Below are positions 1-8,652 of a DNA stretch of 64,000 bases, piece after piece. The position numbers and the translations under genes are program-made. Origin of the DNA: an uncultured Anaerolineales bacterium (GTDB taxonomy: Bacteria > Chloroflexota > Anaerolineae > Anaerolineales > UBA11858); the NCBI GenBank assembly GCA_964539105.1, contig CAZIFI010000007.1:2883-66882 (forward strand), read 5' to 3'. The notes under the pieces were generated by a model that made no database searches, had not been told where the DNA came from, and saw only the letters and a list, made by a program, of their open reading frames with translations. Position 1 is the stretch's first letter; each line of letters opens with the position of its first letter.

Positions 1-138
1 CCCTTCTTACAGAATGTATTTGACACGGTACCTCTGACCTGGACGCAGTGGCGGTGGATCCTCCCCCTCCTGTTTGTACCCGCGATTGTGGCCGAAGTGA
101 CAAAACTCGTGTTCTCTCCGGAACGAGATTCGAAGTAG
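1..138 (+). CDS. C-terminal fragment of a P-type cation-transporting ATPase (start lies outside the window)
   Basis: Frame 1 reads PFLQNVFDTVPLTWTQWRWILPLLFVPAIVAEVTKLVFSPERDSK*. This resembles the last TM helix and C-terminus of P-type ATPases. A strong hairpin terminator follows. The ORF is absent from the ORF track because it has no start codon in the window. Confidence 0.45.
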   Translation, partial: PFLQNVFDTVPLTWTQWRWILPLLFVPAIVAEVTKLVFSPERDSK

Positions 139-184
139 GACAAGGACCGTCCGAGAGTTCATTCAAAAACCCCTTAACAGGTTC

Positions 185-217
185 AAAACAGCCCTCTCCC
201 GGGAGAGGGCTGTTTTT
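185..217. terminator. Bidirectional rho-independent terminator
   Basis: AAAACAGCCCTCTCCC/GGGAGAGGGCTGTTTTT is a perfect 12-bp palindromic stem flanked by an A-run and a T-run. It lies between convergent genes. Confidence 0.7.
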
Positions 218-266
218 GGTTGTTGGGCACAGGGGCTTCTTGATCCAGTATGGAGCCCCACCCATT

Positions 267-2159
267 TTATGTGTAGAGGACGTAGCGGTCTAGGAACTGT
301 TCGACTTTTTGATAAAAATCCTGGATCGTCTCCGGCTTCCGGAAGCCATGGCCTTCTTCCGGATAGAGATGATATTCATGGGGTACGCCGTTTTCTTTCA
401 AAGCCTGAACGATGGCTTCTGCCTGATCCTGGGATACGACTTTATCTTCTCCACCCTGGAAGATGGCGACGGCATCCTGAATTTTGTGGGCCTTGAAGAG
501 GGGAGATCGCTCCCGGTAAAGTTCCGCTTTCTGAGGGAGGGGGCCCAGCAGCGAGTCCGAATAGTGTTGCTCAAATTTATGGGTGTCGGCAACAAGGGTG
601 AACTGGTTGGCGATGCCGTACAAGGAAATACCCGCCCGGAACACGCCTGGATAGTCCACCAGTGTTTTCAGGGCAGTATACCCTCCTGCGCTGCTTCCCA
701 TGATTACCAGTTTTTCTTCGTTGACTTTCTTTTCTGCTGCTAGATGGCGGGCCCCGCTGACCGCGTCCCGGACATCATACACACCCCATTTACTCCGCAG
801 GGCGTTGCGGTAGGCACGGCCATAACCGGTGCTGCCGCGGTAATTGGGCTGCAGCACGGCATATCCCCGGCTGGTAAAGTATTGCACTTCAGGTTGGAAA
901 CTCGCCACCCGCTGGCTGGTAGGTCCACCGTGGATCAGCACGATCAGGGGGGGCTGACCGGGAAGTGACTGATCTGTGCTGCGGGGTGGGTAATATAGAC
1001 CATGAACGTCTTCGCCATCCATCCCCTGCCATGTGATGTGCTGAGGAGTTGAGTAAACATTACGGGGGATCTCTTCTGAAGTGGCGCGCCGGAGGACAGT
1101 AGCTTGTTTTCCCGGCTGGAAGGAGAGAATCCGCGGCGGGGTGGAACCGCCGGATGCAATGCAGGCCAACTGGCTATCCACAGGGGAAACAGCAATCTGT
1201 TCGAACCAGGTGTACTGCGGGTTGATATCCAGTCTGGTGCATTCTGCGCTCGAGATCTCGATTTGCTGTATGCTTCCCATGCCATTCTGGTTGCGAATGA
1301 TGTACACACAGGCACCGTCAGCGCTGAAAGCAAAAGTGCGCATTTCCTGCTGCCAGGCGGGCTTTCCATGTTCTGCTGGCGTGTCTGTCAGCTGGCGGTG
1401 TTCGTGGGATTCGAGGTCATATATATAGAGCTGCCACCAGCCGGATTGATCCGAGACATAGGCCAGATACCGGCCCCGGGGTGAAAATTCAGGTTGGAAG
1501 GTGGCGGTGTTCTCGTCTCCGGCAATGGTTTGTACCTTGCCGAGGCAGGGTTTATCTGGATTGGTTAGATCCAGTTCCGCCAGGGATAAGGTTGTCCCAT
1601 CCCAGGGCATGTGGGGATGATTCCAGCTGATCCAGGCCACATGGGACATTTCCGGATGCCAGCGGGGATGCATATAAAAATCATCCCCAAAGACCAGCTT
1701 TCTCGGCCAGTTGTCTCCGTCTGTATCCACCAGGGCCAGACAATCATCATTTTCATAATGATGAATATAAAGGAGGGACTGACCATCGGGTGATACCCGC
1801 GGGGAGGAGATGGCTCCATATTCCGGTGTGAGAGGTTGTGCCAAGCCGGAGGATAGTTTCTGTTTGTAGATGCGCTTGGAATCCTCTTCCACGAAGAAGA
1901 CATGCTCTTCATCCACGGCAAACGAACCGCCGCCGTACCCGACGCCGCCCCCGGCTGAAAGAGCCGTGTTCAAGATGCGGGATGCCTGGCCGGAACCGGG
2001 CTGTACGATAAGACGTCCTTTTCCTTGAAACCGTTCCCGCCACACAAGCGCCCCTGTGCTGTTCCACATCAGATCACTGAAGCTCATCCCCTGGCTGAGG
2101 GTTTTGCCGGTGATGGGGCTGGACCATTGTCCATAAGATTTTTGACTGATTTGGGTCAT
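267..2159 (-). CDS. S9 family serine peptidase (prolyl oligopeptidase / acylaminoacyl-peptidase type) with an N-terminal beta-propeller
   Basis: C-terminal alpha/beta-hydrolase motifs HGGPTSQ, GSSAGGY (nucleophile elbow GxSxGG) and EGHGF, with a propeller-like N-terminal half. Start moved to the internal ATG (MTQISQKSYGQW), which is preceded by GGAGA and avoids overlap with rnhB. Confidence 0.85.
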   Translation of the reverse strand: MTQISQKSYGQWSSPITGKTLSQGMSFSDLMWNSTGALVWRERFQGKGRLIVQPGSGQASRILNTALSAGGGVGYGGGSFAVDEEHVFFVEEDSKRIYKQKLSSGLAQPLTPEYGAISSPRVSPDGQSLLYIHHYENDDCLALVDTDGDNWPRKLVFGDDFYMHPRWHPEMSHVAWISWNHPHMPWDGTTLSLAELDLTNPDKPCLGKVQTIAGDENTATFQPEFSPRGRYLAYVSDQSGWWQLYIYDLESHEHRQLTDTPAEHGKPAWQQEMRTFAFSADGACVYIIRNQNGMGSIQQIEISSAECTRLDINPQYTWFEQIAVSPVDSQLACIASGGSTPPRILSFQPGKQATVLRRATSEEIPRNVYSTPQHITWQGMDGEDVHGLYYPPRSTDQSLPGQPPLIVLIHGGPTSQRVASFQPEVQYFTSRGYAVLQPNYRGSTGYGRAYRNALRSKWGVYDVRDAVSGARHLAAEKKVNEEKLVIMGSSAGGYTALKTLVDYPGVFRAGISLYGIANQFTLVADTHKFEQHYSDSLLGPLPQKAELYRERSPLFKAHKIQDAVAIFQGGEDKVVSQDQAEAIVQALKENGVPHEYHLYPEEGHGFRKPETIQDFYQKVEQFLDRYVLYT

Positions 2160-2220
2160 AGCTGTCTCCGGTGAGTGAGGGTCGAACCTAATGATTGACG
2201 CGAGATCCGGTTGTGAGTGG

Positions 2221-2907
2221 CTAGGATAAGCGAGGTTGATGATTTCCCGCGGAATGCACACTCAGGTTTCGCATCGGGGCAAACGACAATCGGTGAATGG
2301 GCGTCGGCCCCAGTTCATGGATGGCAGCGCGGTGATTCTGGGTGCCGTAGCCCTTGTTAGCGCTCAATTCATATCCCGGATAGGTTTGGGCCAGCTCAAC
2401 CAGGTGTGCATCCCGGATTGTTTTGGCGAGAATGGAGGCAGAAGCAATGCTCAAAGAACGGGCATCCCCCTTAACAAGCCAGGTTTGCGGGATGGGGTTA
2501 TCCGGGAGATAGAGATAGTCCAATAATAAATGCTGCGGTGAGGGCAGGATATTTTGTAAGGCTCGTTCAGCAGCCAGACGAACCGCAGGAAGGATTCCGT
2601 ACCGGTCGATTTCCTGGGGGGATGAAAAACCCACTCCCCATGCCAGAACTTCCTGGATGAGGGTGGTTTTTACCTCTTCTCGTCGGACAGGCGTCAGCTG
2701 TTTGGAATCCCGAACCTCCCCCAGTCTATCAAGACATGTCGGGTCCGGAGGAAGTAGTACGGCACCCGCAGCGACAGGTCCGGCCAGGGCTCCCCGGCCT
2801 GCCTCATCGATGCCCACCACAAATTGTATATCATTATTCCACAAGGAGGATTCAAACTGAAGATCAGGACAGGGTGGAATGAGACCAGGGTCAATTGTGG
2901 GGGTCAT
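2221..2907 (-). CDS. rnhB: Ribonuclease HII
   Basis: Signature GIDEAGRGALAGPVAAGAV plus KGDARSLSIASASILAK. The start was chosen at MTPTIDPG. Earlier in-frame starts would overlap the upstream GT2 gene more deeply. Confidence 0.9.
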   Translation of the reverse strand: MTPTIDPGLIPPCPDLQFESSLWNNDIQFVVGIDEAGRGALAGPVAAGAVLLPPDPTCLDRLGEVRDSKQLTPVRREEVKTTLIQEVLAWGVGFSSPQEIDRYGILPAVRLAAERALQNILPSPQHLLLDYLYLPDNPIPQTWLVKGDARSLSIASASILAKTIRDAHLVELAQTYPGYELSANKGYGTQNHRAAIHELGPTPIHRLSFAPMRNLSVHSAGNHQPRLS

Positions 2908-3622
2908 AGATTCCTTGTTGCTTATTTCGCCGGATTGTGAGGACATCCAACAGCATTCGAATCGCATCTCTGACCGCGTGAACTTTGCTTTCCTCGTCAA
3001 AATACCATGGGATGGGAACTTCTTTTATCTTATACCCACGCAACCGGGCAATGGTCAGGACTTCAATATCAAAGGACCAGCCAGGCAGGGTGGTGTGAGA
3101 GAAGAGATCTTCAGCGATGGGTGCCCGGAAGCACTTGAACCCGCATTGGGTGTCATGTAACCCGGGGAGAACTAGAAGCCGGATAAAGAAATTCATCAAC
3201 CTCCCTCCCAGATGCCGGTAATAGGGTTCATTGTAGCGGACAGATTCCGGCGCTTCCCGGGTGGCGATGGCTACATCAACATCATCTATTTGGGGCGGGA
3301 TAAACCGATTTAATTCCTGAATAGGCATGGAAAGGTCGGCGTCACACATAAAGCGGTATTCTCCCCGTCCGGATAACATACCCTTGCGGACCGCAGCGCC
3401 TTTGCCAGGTTGACTTTCATGGAGGCTGTGGATGATGTCCCATTCCTGGGCGTAATCCGCGATGATGTGTGGGGTGCGGTCAGTGCTGGCGTTGTCTACG
3501 ACGAGTATTTCCGCTGGATAAGATTGCTGGTGGAGAAATTCGAGGACCTGATCCAACGTGGCAGGGAGACGGTTCTCCTCATTGTATGCGGGAATGATCA
3601 GAGATAAAAAGGGTGTATCCAC
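2891..3622 (-). CDS. Family 2 glycosyltransferase (polyprenyl-phosphate sugar transferase-like)
   Basis: N-terminus LSLIIPAYNEENRL, VVDNASTDRT and a DAD-type motif (CDADLS) typical of the GT-A fold of GT2 enzymes. Confidence 0.85.
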   Translation of the reverse strand: MDTPFLSLIIPAYNEENRLPATLDQVLEFLHQQSYPAEILVVDNASTDRTPHIIADYAQEWDIIHSLHESQPGKGAAVRKGMLSGRGEYRFMCDADLSMPIQELNRFIPPQIDDVDVAIATREAPESVRYNEPYYRHLGGRLMNFFIRLLVLPGLHDTQCGFKCFRAPIAEDLFSHTTLPGWSFDIEVLTIARLRGYKIKEVPIPWYFDEESKVHAVRDAIRMLLDVLTIRRNKQQGIYDPHN

Positions 3623-3646
3623 GTTGAAGCCTGTCTGGAAGATGTC

Positions 3647-4459
3647 CTACACGGTGAGGATGATCAACGTAATTAGTGCGATCAGAACAATAATCACCAG
3701 GATAAGAAGGATTCCGATTATGATCCACTCTCGTTGATCGAAATTCACGGAAGCGATGAGGCTGTTGAGCGTTTGTTCCAGTTGTGTTTCTTGAGCCTCT
3801 GGCTGGGGTGATGCCTCTTCCTGTGGTTTGCTTGGTTTACTTTCCCCTTTTGGTAAACGGGGATGGGTCAAAAGCTTGACGACGTTTTTAAAATCCAGGT
3901 CGCTGAAAGCGGGTTTGGCAATGGCGATTTGACGGGCGAAATTTTTGATACCGTCAGCGCGCAAAACCTTGACGATGGGCGAGATGGATTCGACATGGGT
4001 TTCAGGGGAGATGAATATTAACGCCCCTTTTAGATTGGGTGCTTTAAATTTGTGCTTTTTGAGATATCCCTCAACGGTTTTTTGATATACCCAGGTTTCC
4101 CGGATGAGGTTATTGGGTGCGGTTTGATATTCTTCGCCCCTGCCCATGACCTCCCATTTTTTACCTTCTGCCCGGTAATATCCACTTTTGTTTTTGGGGT
4201 TGATGACAGTGATTCCCGCCGGTGCCAGGAGGATGAGGGGAATGGGCGTACCAATTCTGGGGAGATTGACGTTTCTCAACAGGACACATTCATCACTCAG
4301 CACATCGTCCAGAGCGGAAATCAACTCTTCCTGGCTTCTGCGCGATTGATACCAGGAAAAACCGTGCTTGAGGATGGCCTGAAAGGGCTTCAGGGCAGAA
4401 AGGATGGGGGAGTCGGATTGGTAGGGCGTGAGATCTATTGTTTTCATAGGGTTCATCAA
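3647..4459 (-). CDS. Hypothetical protein with a degenerate NERD-like domain and a C-terminal TM anchor
   Basis: PLILLAPAGITVINPKNKSGYY resembles the NERD core (EIDhlvi..GifviE.Kn.sG) but lacks the acidic residues. C-terminal hydrophobic helix WIIIGILLILVIIVLIALITLIIL. Confidence 0.5.
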   Translation of the reverse strand: MMNPMKTIDLTPYQSDSPILSALKPFQAILKHGFSWYQSRRSQEELISALDDVLSDECVLLRNVNLPRIGTPIPLILLAPAGITVINPKNKSGYYRAEGKKWEVMGRGEEYQTAPNNLIRETWVYQKTVEGYLKKHKFKAPNLKGALIFISPETHVESISPIVKVLRADGIKNFARQIAIAKPAFSDLDFKNVVKLLTHPRLPKGESKPSKPQEEASPQPEAQETQLEQTLNSLIASVNFDQREWIIIGILLILVIIVLIALITLIILTV

Positions 4460-4560
4460 GCCGTTTTTTTGGATTTACCAGGATTATACCAGTCAAACGC
4501 GTTAAAATCCAAAACCAGGCATTTCACTGCGCCTGGTCAATTTCCCTTTATAGACTGGTT

Positions 4561-4887
4561 CTATAGGACGGGAACATCCTCCAGGTGGTCGTGATCGGTC
4601 TCTGCCCCCTCGGTGAGTATGACAAGATTGCCGCTGCGGTCCTCAGTGATGACCTTTTTCTGGGTGTTAAAGGTATTGCCCTGATACTGCGTTCTTTGCC
4701 CGGTGAAGAACAGTTCACCCGCCTCCAGTCTGTCTATGAGCTGCTCTCTGTCCAGAAGCAGACGGTCGGAGTATGCGTATCCCCGGCGCTCATGGAAGCG
4801 GACCCAGTCAATGGATTTGTCCTCGTTATATTTTACGGCTTCGATCACACCATCAATTTTACGTCGGAACATAAGTCTGGTTAGCAT
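4561..4887 (-). CDS. Hypothetical small protein (108 aa)
   Basis: ORF only. It lies directly downstream of tRNA-Pro on the same strand. The start codon is uncertain because the GAGGA abuts the ATG. No recognised motif. Confidence 0.4.
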   Translation of the reverse strand: MLTRLMFRRKIDGVIEAVKYNEDKSIDWVRFHERRGYAYSDRLLLDREQLIDRLEAGELFFTGQRTQYQGNTFNTQKKVITEDRSGNLVILTEGAETDHDHLEDVPVL

Positions 4888-4913
4888 TCCTCATCAGGGT
4901 TATTTGTGTGCAG

Positions 4914-4986
4914 TCGGGGTGGACGGACTTGAACCGTCGACCTCCGCGTCCCAAACGCGGCGCGCTGCCCTCTGCGCCACACCCCG
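4914..4986 (-). tRNA. tRNA-Pro (anticodon TGG)
   Basis: The reverse complement folds as a cloverleaf: acceptor CGGGGTG/CACCCCG, D stem GCGC/GCGC, anticodon stem CCGCG/CGCGG with loop TTTGGGA, T arm GACGG-TTCAAGT-CCGTC, discriminator A. No CCA is encoded. Confidence 0.9.
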
Positions 4987-5043
4987 GAATATCCACCTTG
5001 CTTCAAGCAGTATAATCTTAATGAAGGGTACCGTCAAGGACAG

Positions 5044-5838
5044 GTGATTCTGGCCATGGATCAGGCAGGTAAGATCGAAATGACTTCATTGGTTGATGTC
5101 CACCAGGAATTATTTTTGGATGATATCCCTTTTTGGGTGGACCTGACCACAAACCGCCAGGAGGTTCTTGAGCTGGGATGCGGAGGGGGCCGGGTGCTCA
5201 TCCCCCTGGCTGAAGCGGGTAGAAATGTGTGGGGTGTAGACCTTGATTTGGCTCGCTTAAAAAGTGTCAAGTCCAAGCTTGACGATCATTCCAAGCCGTT
5301 TCAAAAACAGGTCCATGTGTGGGTGATGGACATGACCATGCTCCGTGTCCGAAAACTGTTTCATGCTGTTTTGTCTCCCTGTAATACGTTAAGCCTCTTT
5401 ACGCCCGAAGAGAGGAAGACCATCATCCGGCGGAGTGCGGACCTTCTCCATAGTGGGGGCATCTTTGCTGTCAGCCTCCCCAATCCCCATCATATAAAAG
5501 CTATCCGGGATCAGGGTCTGGCTCCTGAGGATAATCGAGAACCTGTGCTAGAAGACACCTTTACTCATCCCAGCACGGGTAATCCGGTTCAGGTCAGCAG
5601 CCAGCTGTCACGCCATCCGTCAGGTTTGAAATGGACCTGGATTTATGACCATCTCTATCCAGATGGGCGCGTCGTGCGCGATCAACATGCCCAAATACAT
5701 GTCTATTCTTCTGTGGATGAATATCAGGCCATGTTTAATAAGGGAGGATTTTCGGTCCACCTCTACGGAGGTTTTGAGAGAACCCCGTTTTCTCCCAGCA
5801 GCCCCTATTTGATTGTTGTGGGTCAAAAAAGGGGATGA
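5044..5838 (+). CDS. Class I SAM-dependent methyltransferase
   Basis: Motif I VLELGCGGGRV followed by VWGVDLD (acidic loop). The start may instead be the ATG at 5056 (MDQAGK). Confidence 0.8.
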   Translation: MILAMDQAGKIEMTSLVDVHQELFLDDIPFWVDLTTNRQEVLELGCGGGRVLIPLAEAGRNVWGVDLDLARLKSVKSKLDDHSKPFQKQVHVWVMDMTMLRVRKLFHAVLSPCNTLSLFTPEERKTIIRRSADLLHSGGIFAVSLPNPHHIKAIRDQGLAPEDNREPVLEDTFTHPSTGNPVQVSSQLSRHPSGLKWTWIYDHLYPDGRVVRDQHAQIHVYSSVDEYQAMFNKGGFSVHLYGGFERTPFSPSSPYLIVVGQKRG

Positions 5839-6008
5839 GTTTGCAGCATCCCGCCGGCTGTAGGCCTTTCTTCCCTCCTGTTAACACAACACAAATAGTT
5901 TGTTTGTGCCCCTCATATACTTTGTTTGCATTCTTCTAATAGCAGTCCTTTATCATTATTCATGATGAAGGATAAAAGTAAAGTTATGCGTTTCAAGCAG
6001 GAGAAACT

Positions 6009-6404
6009 ATGACCATGTATATCAAACCTTATCGCTCTCGTCGGTATCAGATTAAGCGTTCCCAGGAAGCCATTGAAAGAGATGTACATGTCCCTCTCAA
6101 TGTCAAATATGTGGATGACAGGTATGAAGTGGAGATGATTGTTCCGGGTTTGTCACCCGACGATCTGGAAATCGAAATCATCAAGAACAAAATAGACATC
6201 CGGGGTGAGTTCAAACGTGCTGAGGAGGATGTCGAATATTTGCGGCAGGAAATCCCCTCTGGTTCCTTCCGTCGCGTCATCAACCTGTCCAAGATGTTGG
6301 ATGTGGAAAGCTCGGAAGCCAAGCTTGAGGATGGCATTCTTTCCCTTCAGGTTCCTGTTGCGGAAGAAGCTCTGCCGAGGACAATCAAGGTTAATCCAAA
6401 TTAA
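6009..6404 (+). CDS. Hsp20/alpha-crystallin family small heat-shock protein
   Basis: Alpha-crystallin domain pattern: DVHVPLNV..D.YEVEMIVPGLSPDDLEIEI, GSFRRVINL, LEDGILSLQVP. GGAGAAAC lies upstream of the ATG. Confidence 0.9.
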   Translation: MTMYIKPYRSRRYQIKRSQEAIERDVHVPLNVKYVDDRYEVEMIVPGLSPDDLEIEIIKNKIDIRGEFKRAEEDVEYLRQEIPSGSFRRVINLSKMLDVESSEAKLEDGILSLQVPVAEEALPRTIKVNPN

Positions 6405-6434
6405 TCGTTTCAAATGTCGGATTATGCAGGGAAG

Positions 6435-6464
6435 AGGCCGGGTGAATGCCCGGCCTTTCTTCTT
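6435..6464 (+). terminator. Rho-independent terminator after hsp20
   Basis: AGGCCGGG-tgaatg-CCCGGCCT followed by TTCTTCTT. Confidence 0.6.
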
Positions 6465-6537
6465 GGCCCATGCGCTCCGATAATCATTGTTTCCCTGTCT
6501 TGATGCAGGAGATGAAACCCGTTTAATCTAATTTTCC

Positions 6538-6564
6538 TTGACTTGACCAACTGTAGAGTATAAT
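6538..6564 (+). promoter_or_regulatory. Sigma-70-like promoter upstream of the 6603 gene
   Basis: TTGACT (6538-6543) and a perfect TATAAT (6559-6564). The spacer is only 15 nt, so the -35 assignment is uncertain. Confidence 0.4.
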
Positions 6565-6602
6565 GCATACGAACATATTGACGATGGATGAGGAGGAAGC
6601 AC

Positions 6603-7343
6603 ATGAGTAAAGATAATAAAAAAACGACTGACGAAGGTCAACAAGAAAATCTAGATAATGAGATCCAGCCGTCCCCGGAGGGAAGTCAGGAGCCGGCTAC
6701 GGATAATGGGTCGGAAGAAAGTTTCCCGGATCAGGAGCTAAAGGTTGAAAGCCAGGCTGTAGAGGAAGAACCGGCACCTGGGGAAGAGCCAGAGAAAAAA
6801 AGGCCCAGCAAAATTGGCCGTTTCTTCCGAAAACTGCTTATCTGGCTGGTTGTGATAGGTATTGCTTTCGGTGCGGGTATAGGAACCTTCTACTACCTTC
6901 GCTTCCAGCCCATGCAGGAACGCCTGGAACAGCAGTCCCAGGAAATCCAGAACGCTGAGGGTGAAATATCAACCCTGGAGGGTGAGATAGAGCGCTTGTC
7001 CGGTTTTGAGGAGCGCAACCAGGAATTGCAAGATGAAATTGACCGGACCCGGCTGCACATCACGCTGCTCAGTGCCCGTTCTTCTGTGTCGGATGCATTA
7101 TTAGCACTGTCTGAAGACAATCTAGCGGAAGCAAAGCTGGAATTGGATAAAGTCGATACGACCCTGGACAAGCTGGAAACCATGCTAAATGAGGATCAGG
7201 TAGAGGTAGTGAAGAATATGCAGCAGCGTCATGAGCTGATCATGGAAGAGCTGGAACGGGATACCTTCTCAGCCCGCTCTGATCTGGAAGTGCTGTCATC
7301 CAAACTGGGGTCACTGGAAAATACGCTCTTTGCTACGCCGTAA
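6603..7343 (+). CDS. Hypothetical membrane-anchored coiled-coil protein
   Basis: Acidic, low-complexity N-terminus, one TM helix (LLIWLVVIGIAFGAGIGTFYYL), then a heptad-rich, E/L/Q-rich segment. The start was taken at the ATG preceded by AGGAGGAAG; the track start at 6588 contains that SD. Confidence 0.65.
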   Translation: MSKDNKKTTDEGQQENLDNEIQPSPEGSQEPATDNGSEESFPDQELKVESQAVEEEPAPGEEPEKKRPSKIGRFFRKLLIWLVVIGIAFGAGIGTFYYLRFQPMQERLEQQSQEIQNAEGEISTLEGEIERLSGFEERNQELQDEIDRTRLHITLLSARSSVSDALLALSEDNLAEAKLELDKVDTTLDKLETMLNEDQVEVVKNMQQRHELIMEELERDTFSARSDLEVLSSKLGSLENTLFATP

Positions 7344-7373
7344 TCCTGATCGCTGAACATGGATGATTGGAGA

Positions 7374-7405
7374 CAAAAAAGCCTCCCAGACGGGAGGCTT
7401 TTTTG
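7374..7405. terminator. Bidirectional rho-independent terminator
   Basis: AAAAAAGCCTCCC-agac-GGGAGGCTTTTTT between convergent genes. Confidence 0.75.
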
Positions 7406-7418
7406 TGTGTATCGGACG

Positions 7419-8627
7419 CTAGGGCTGCGGTGTACTGGACGGAGTGGTCAGCGGGGTGGCCGTGGAACCAAGGTCCTGGGCTTCCTCCGCAGTTTGCGGC
7501 ATGCCGTGTTTCACCCATTCTTCGAAGATTCGAATGTAGTCTTCTTTCATCAGCCGGGTGGGGGGCATTTGTGCTGAGATCTCTTCCCCTGTTTCCGGAT
7601 CGATGATGGCATTGCCGTTGATGGTCTGGATCAGATAGCTGTTCATATCCCCGGCGATAACGTTTTTGTCCGCATGATCCCCGGAGTGAAGAATATCCTC
7701 ATAGGTGCCCATCAGGTAATTATTATTTTCTTTGCCTTCGCGATGGCACGAGACACAGAAGCGTTTCGAAATCTTCGAGATGTGTTCCTCATAGGAAGGC
7801 ACCTGACCGCTTTCCAGGTTTAGGATGGCTCCGGCGGCAGCCGCGTCCTCCGGGATCTCCACCCGGTCATCCCAGGTGTAGCGCATGAAGGTCACCATGG
7901 CGTCAATTTCAGCCTTCTTGAGGGGGCCACCATAAGCCACACCGTAGGGAGGCATTCCCAGATCCTGCTGCCCGTAATTGATGATGTTAGCCAGGGTTTC
8001 ATCGGTCCGGGTATACATTTCATCCTGACTGCTGATGGATTTCAAGACCGTCCCCTCCAGTCCTTCCACTCCCTGAATTTCCCCTCCCTTCCCTTCGGGA
8101 CCGTGGCATTCCACACATTGGATGGAATACAAATCCTGACCGAGGATGACTTTTTCCTGGATGGTGGTCGCCACCTGGCTTTCTTCCTGCTCTGGCTTGG
8201 TGAGCACCGCGCGGAATGTCAAACCTACCATGGCCAACACCACGACGCCCATCACTGAGATTTCGGCCTTGCGCTTTTTCCAATGGCGGAATCGATCATT
8301 GTCGATGAAAGGGATGGCAAAGAGAATGATGACAGCCAGGAAGGGGATAAGCGCGGTTCCCACCCACTCTATTTTTCCGGGTACAAATTTCAAAAATTCA
8401 AACAGGAAGAGAAAGTACCATTCCGGGCGGGGGATGTAGGAGGTGTCGCTGGGATCTGCTTTGGGTTCTGCCGGGACACCCACATAGATGGCCAGCCCAA
8501 TTAACAGCAGAAATATGCCAAAGGACATCAGGATGTCTTTGTAAATGATGTTGGGCCAAAATTTGACCCCTTTATGTTTCGCGGTTTCGTATATGTCTTG
8601 GATTTTCTTCTTGTGTTCTTCTTTCAC
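7419..8627 (-). CDS. qcrC: Cytochrome bc-complex subunit IV (cytochrome b C-terminal part) fused to a dihaem c-type cytochrome
   Basis: The N-terminal TM region contains PEWYFLFLFEFLK (the PEWY motif of cyt b / subunit IV). The C-terminal half carries two CxxCH motifs (CVECH, CVSCH). Confidence 0.85.
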   Translation of the reverse strand: MKEEHKKKIQDIYETAKHKGVKFWPNIIYKDILMSFGIFLLLIGLAIYVGVPAEPKADPSDTSYIPRPEWYFLFLFEFLKFVPGKIEWVGTALIPFLAVIILFAIPFIDNDRFRHWKKRKAEISVMGVVVLAMVGLTFRAVLTKPEQEESQVATTIQEKVILGQDLYSIQCVECHGPEGKGGEIQGVEGLEGTVLKSISSQDEMYTRTDETLANIINYGQQDLGMPPYGVAYGGPLKKAEIDAMVTFMRYTWDDRVEIPEDAAAAGAILNLESGQVPSYEEHISKISKRFCVSCHREGKENNNYLMGTYEDILHSGDHADKNVIAGDMNSYLIQTINGNAIIDPETGEEISAQMPPTRLMKEDYIRIFEEWVKHGMPQTAEEAQDLGSTATPLTTPSSTPQP

Positions 8628-8652
8628 AGCAGGTTCCTTCCATCCAGATTAG

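Noticed and set aside
48-293. 81-aa plus-strand ORF at the window start
   Set aside because: It is in a different frame from the convincing P-type ATPase C-terminus (frame 1, ending at 138), and it runs through the bidirectional terminator hairpin.
4888-5043. tRNA genes (Pro at 4914..4986, Arg at 29552..29626) as integration sites of a genomic island
   Set aside because: No integrase, excisionase, direct repeat of the tRNA 3' end, or compositionally distinct gene block is visible next to either tRNA.
5900-5935. Direct repeat TTTGTTTG (two copies about 21 nt apart) upstream of hsp20 as a heat-shock operator. I also searched for CIRCE and HAIR elements.
   Set aside because: No CIRCE (TTAGCACTC-N9-GAGTGCTAA) or HAIR inverted repeat is present. 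An 8-mer T/G-rich direct repeat in AT-rich DNA is not sufficient evidence for an operator.
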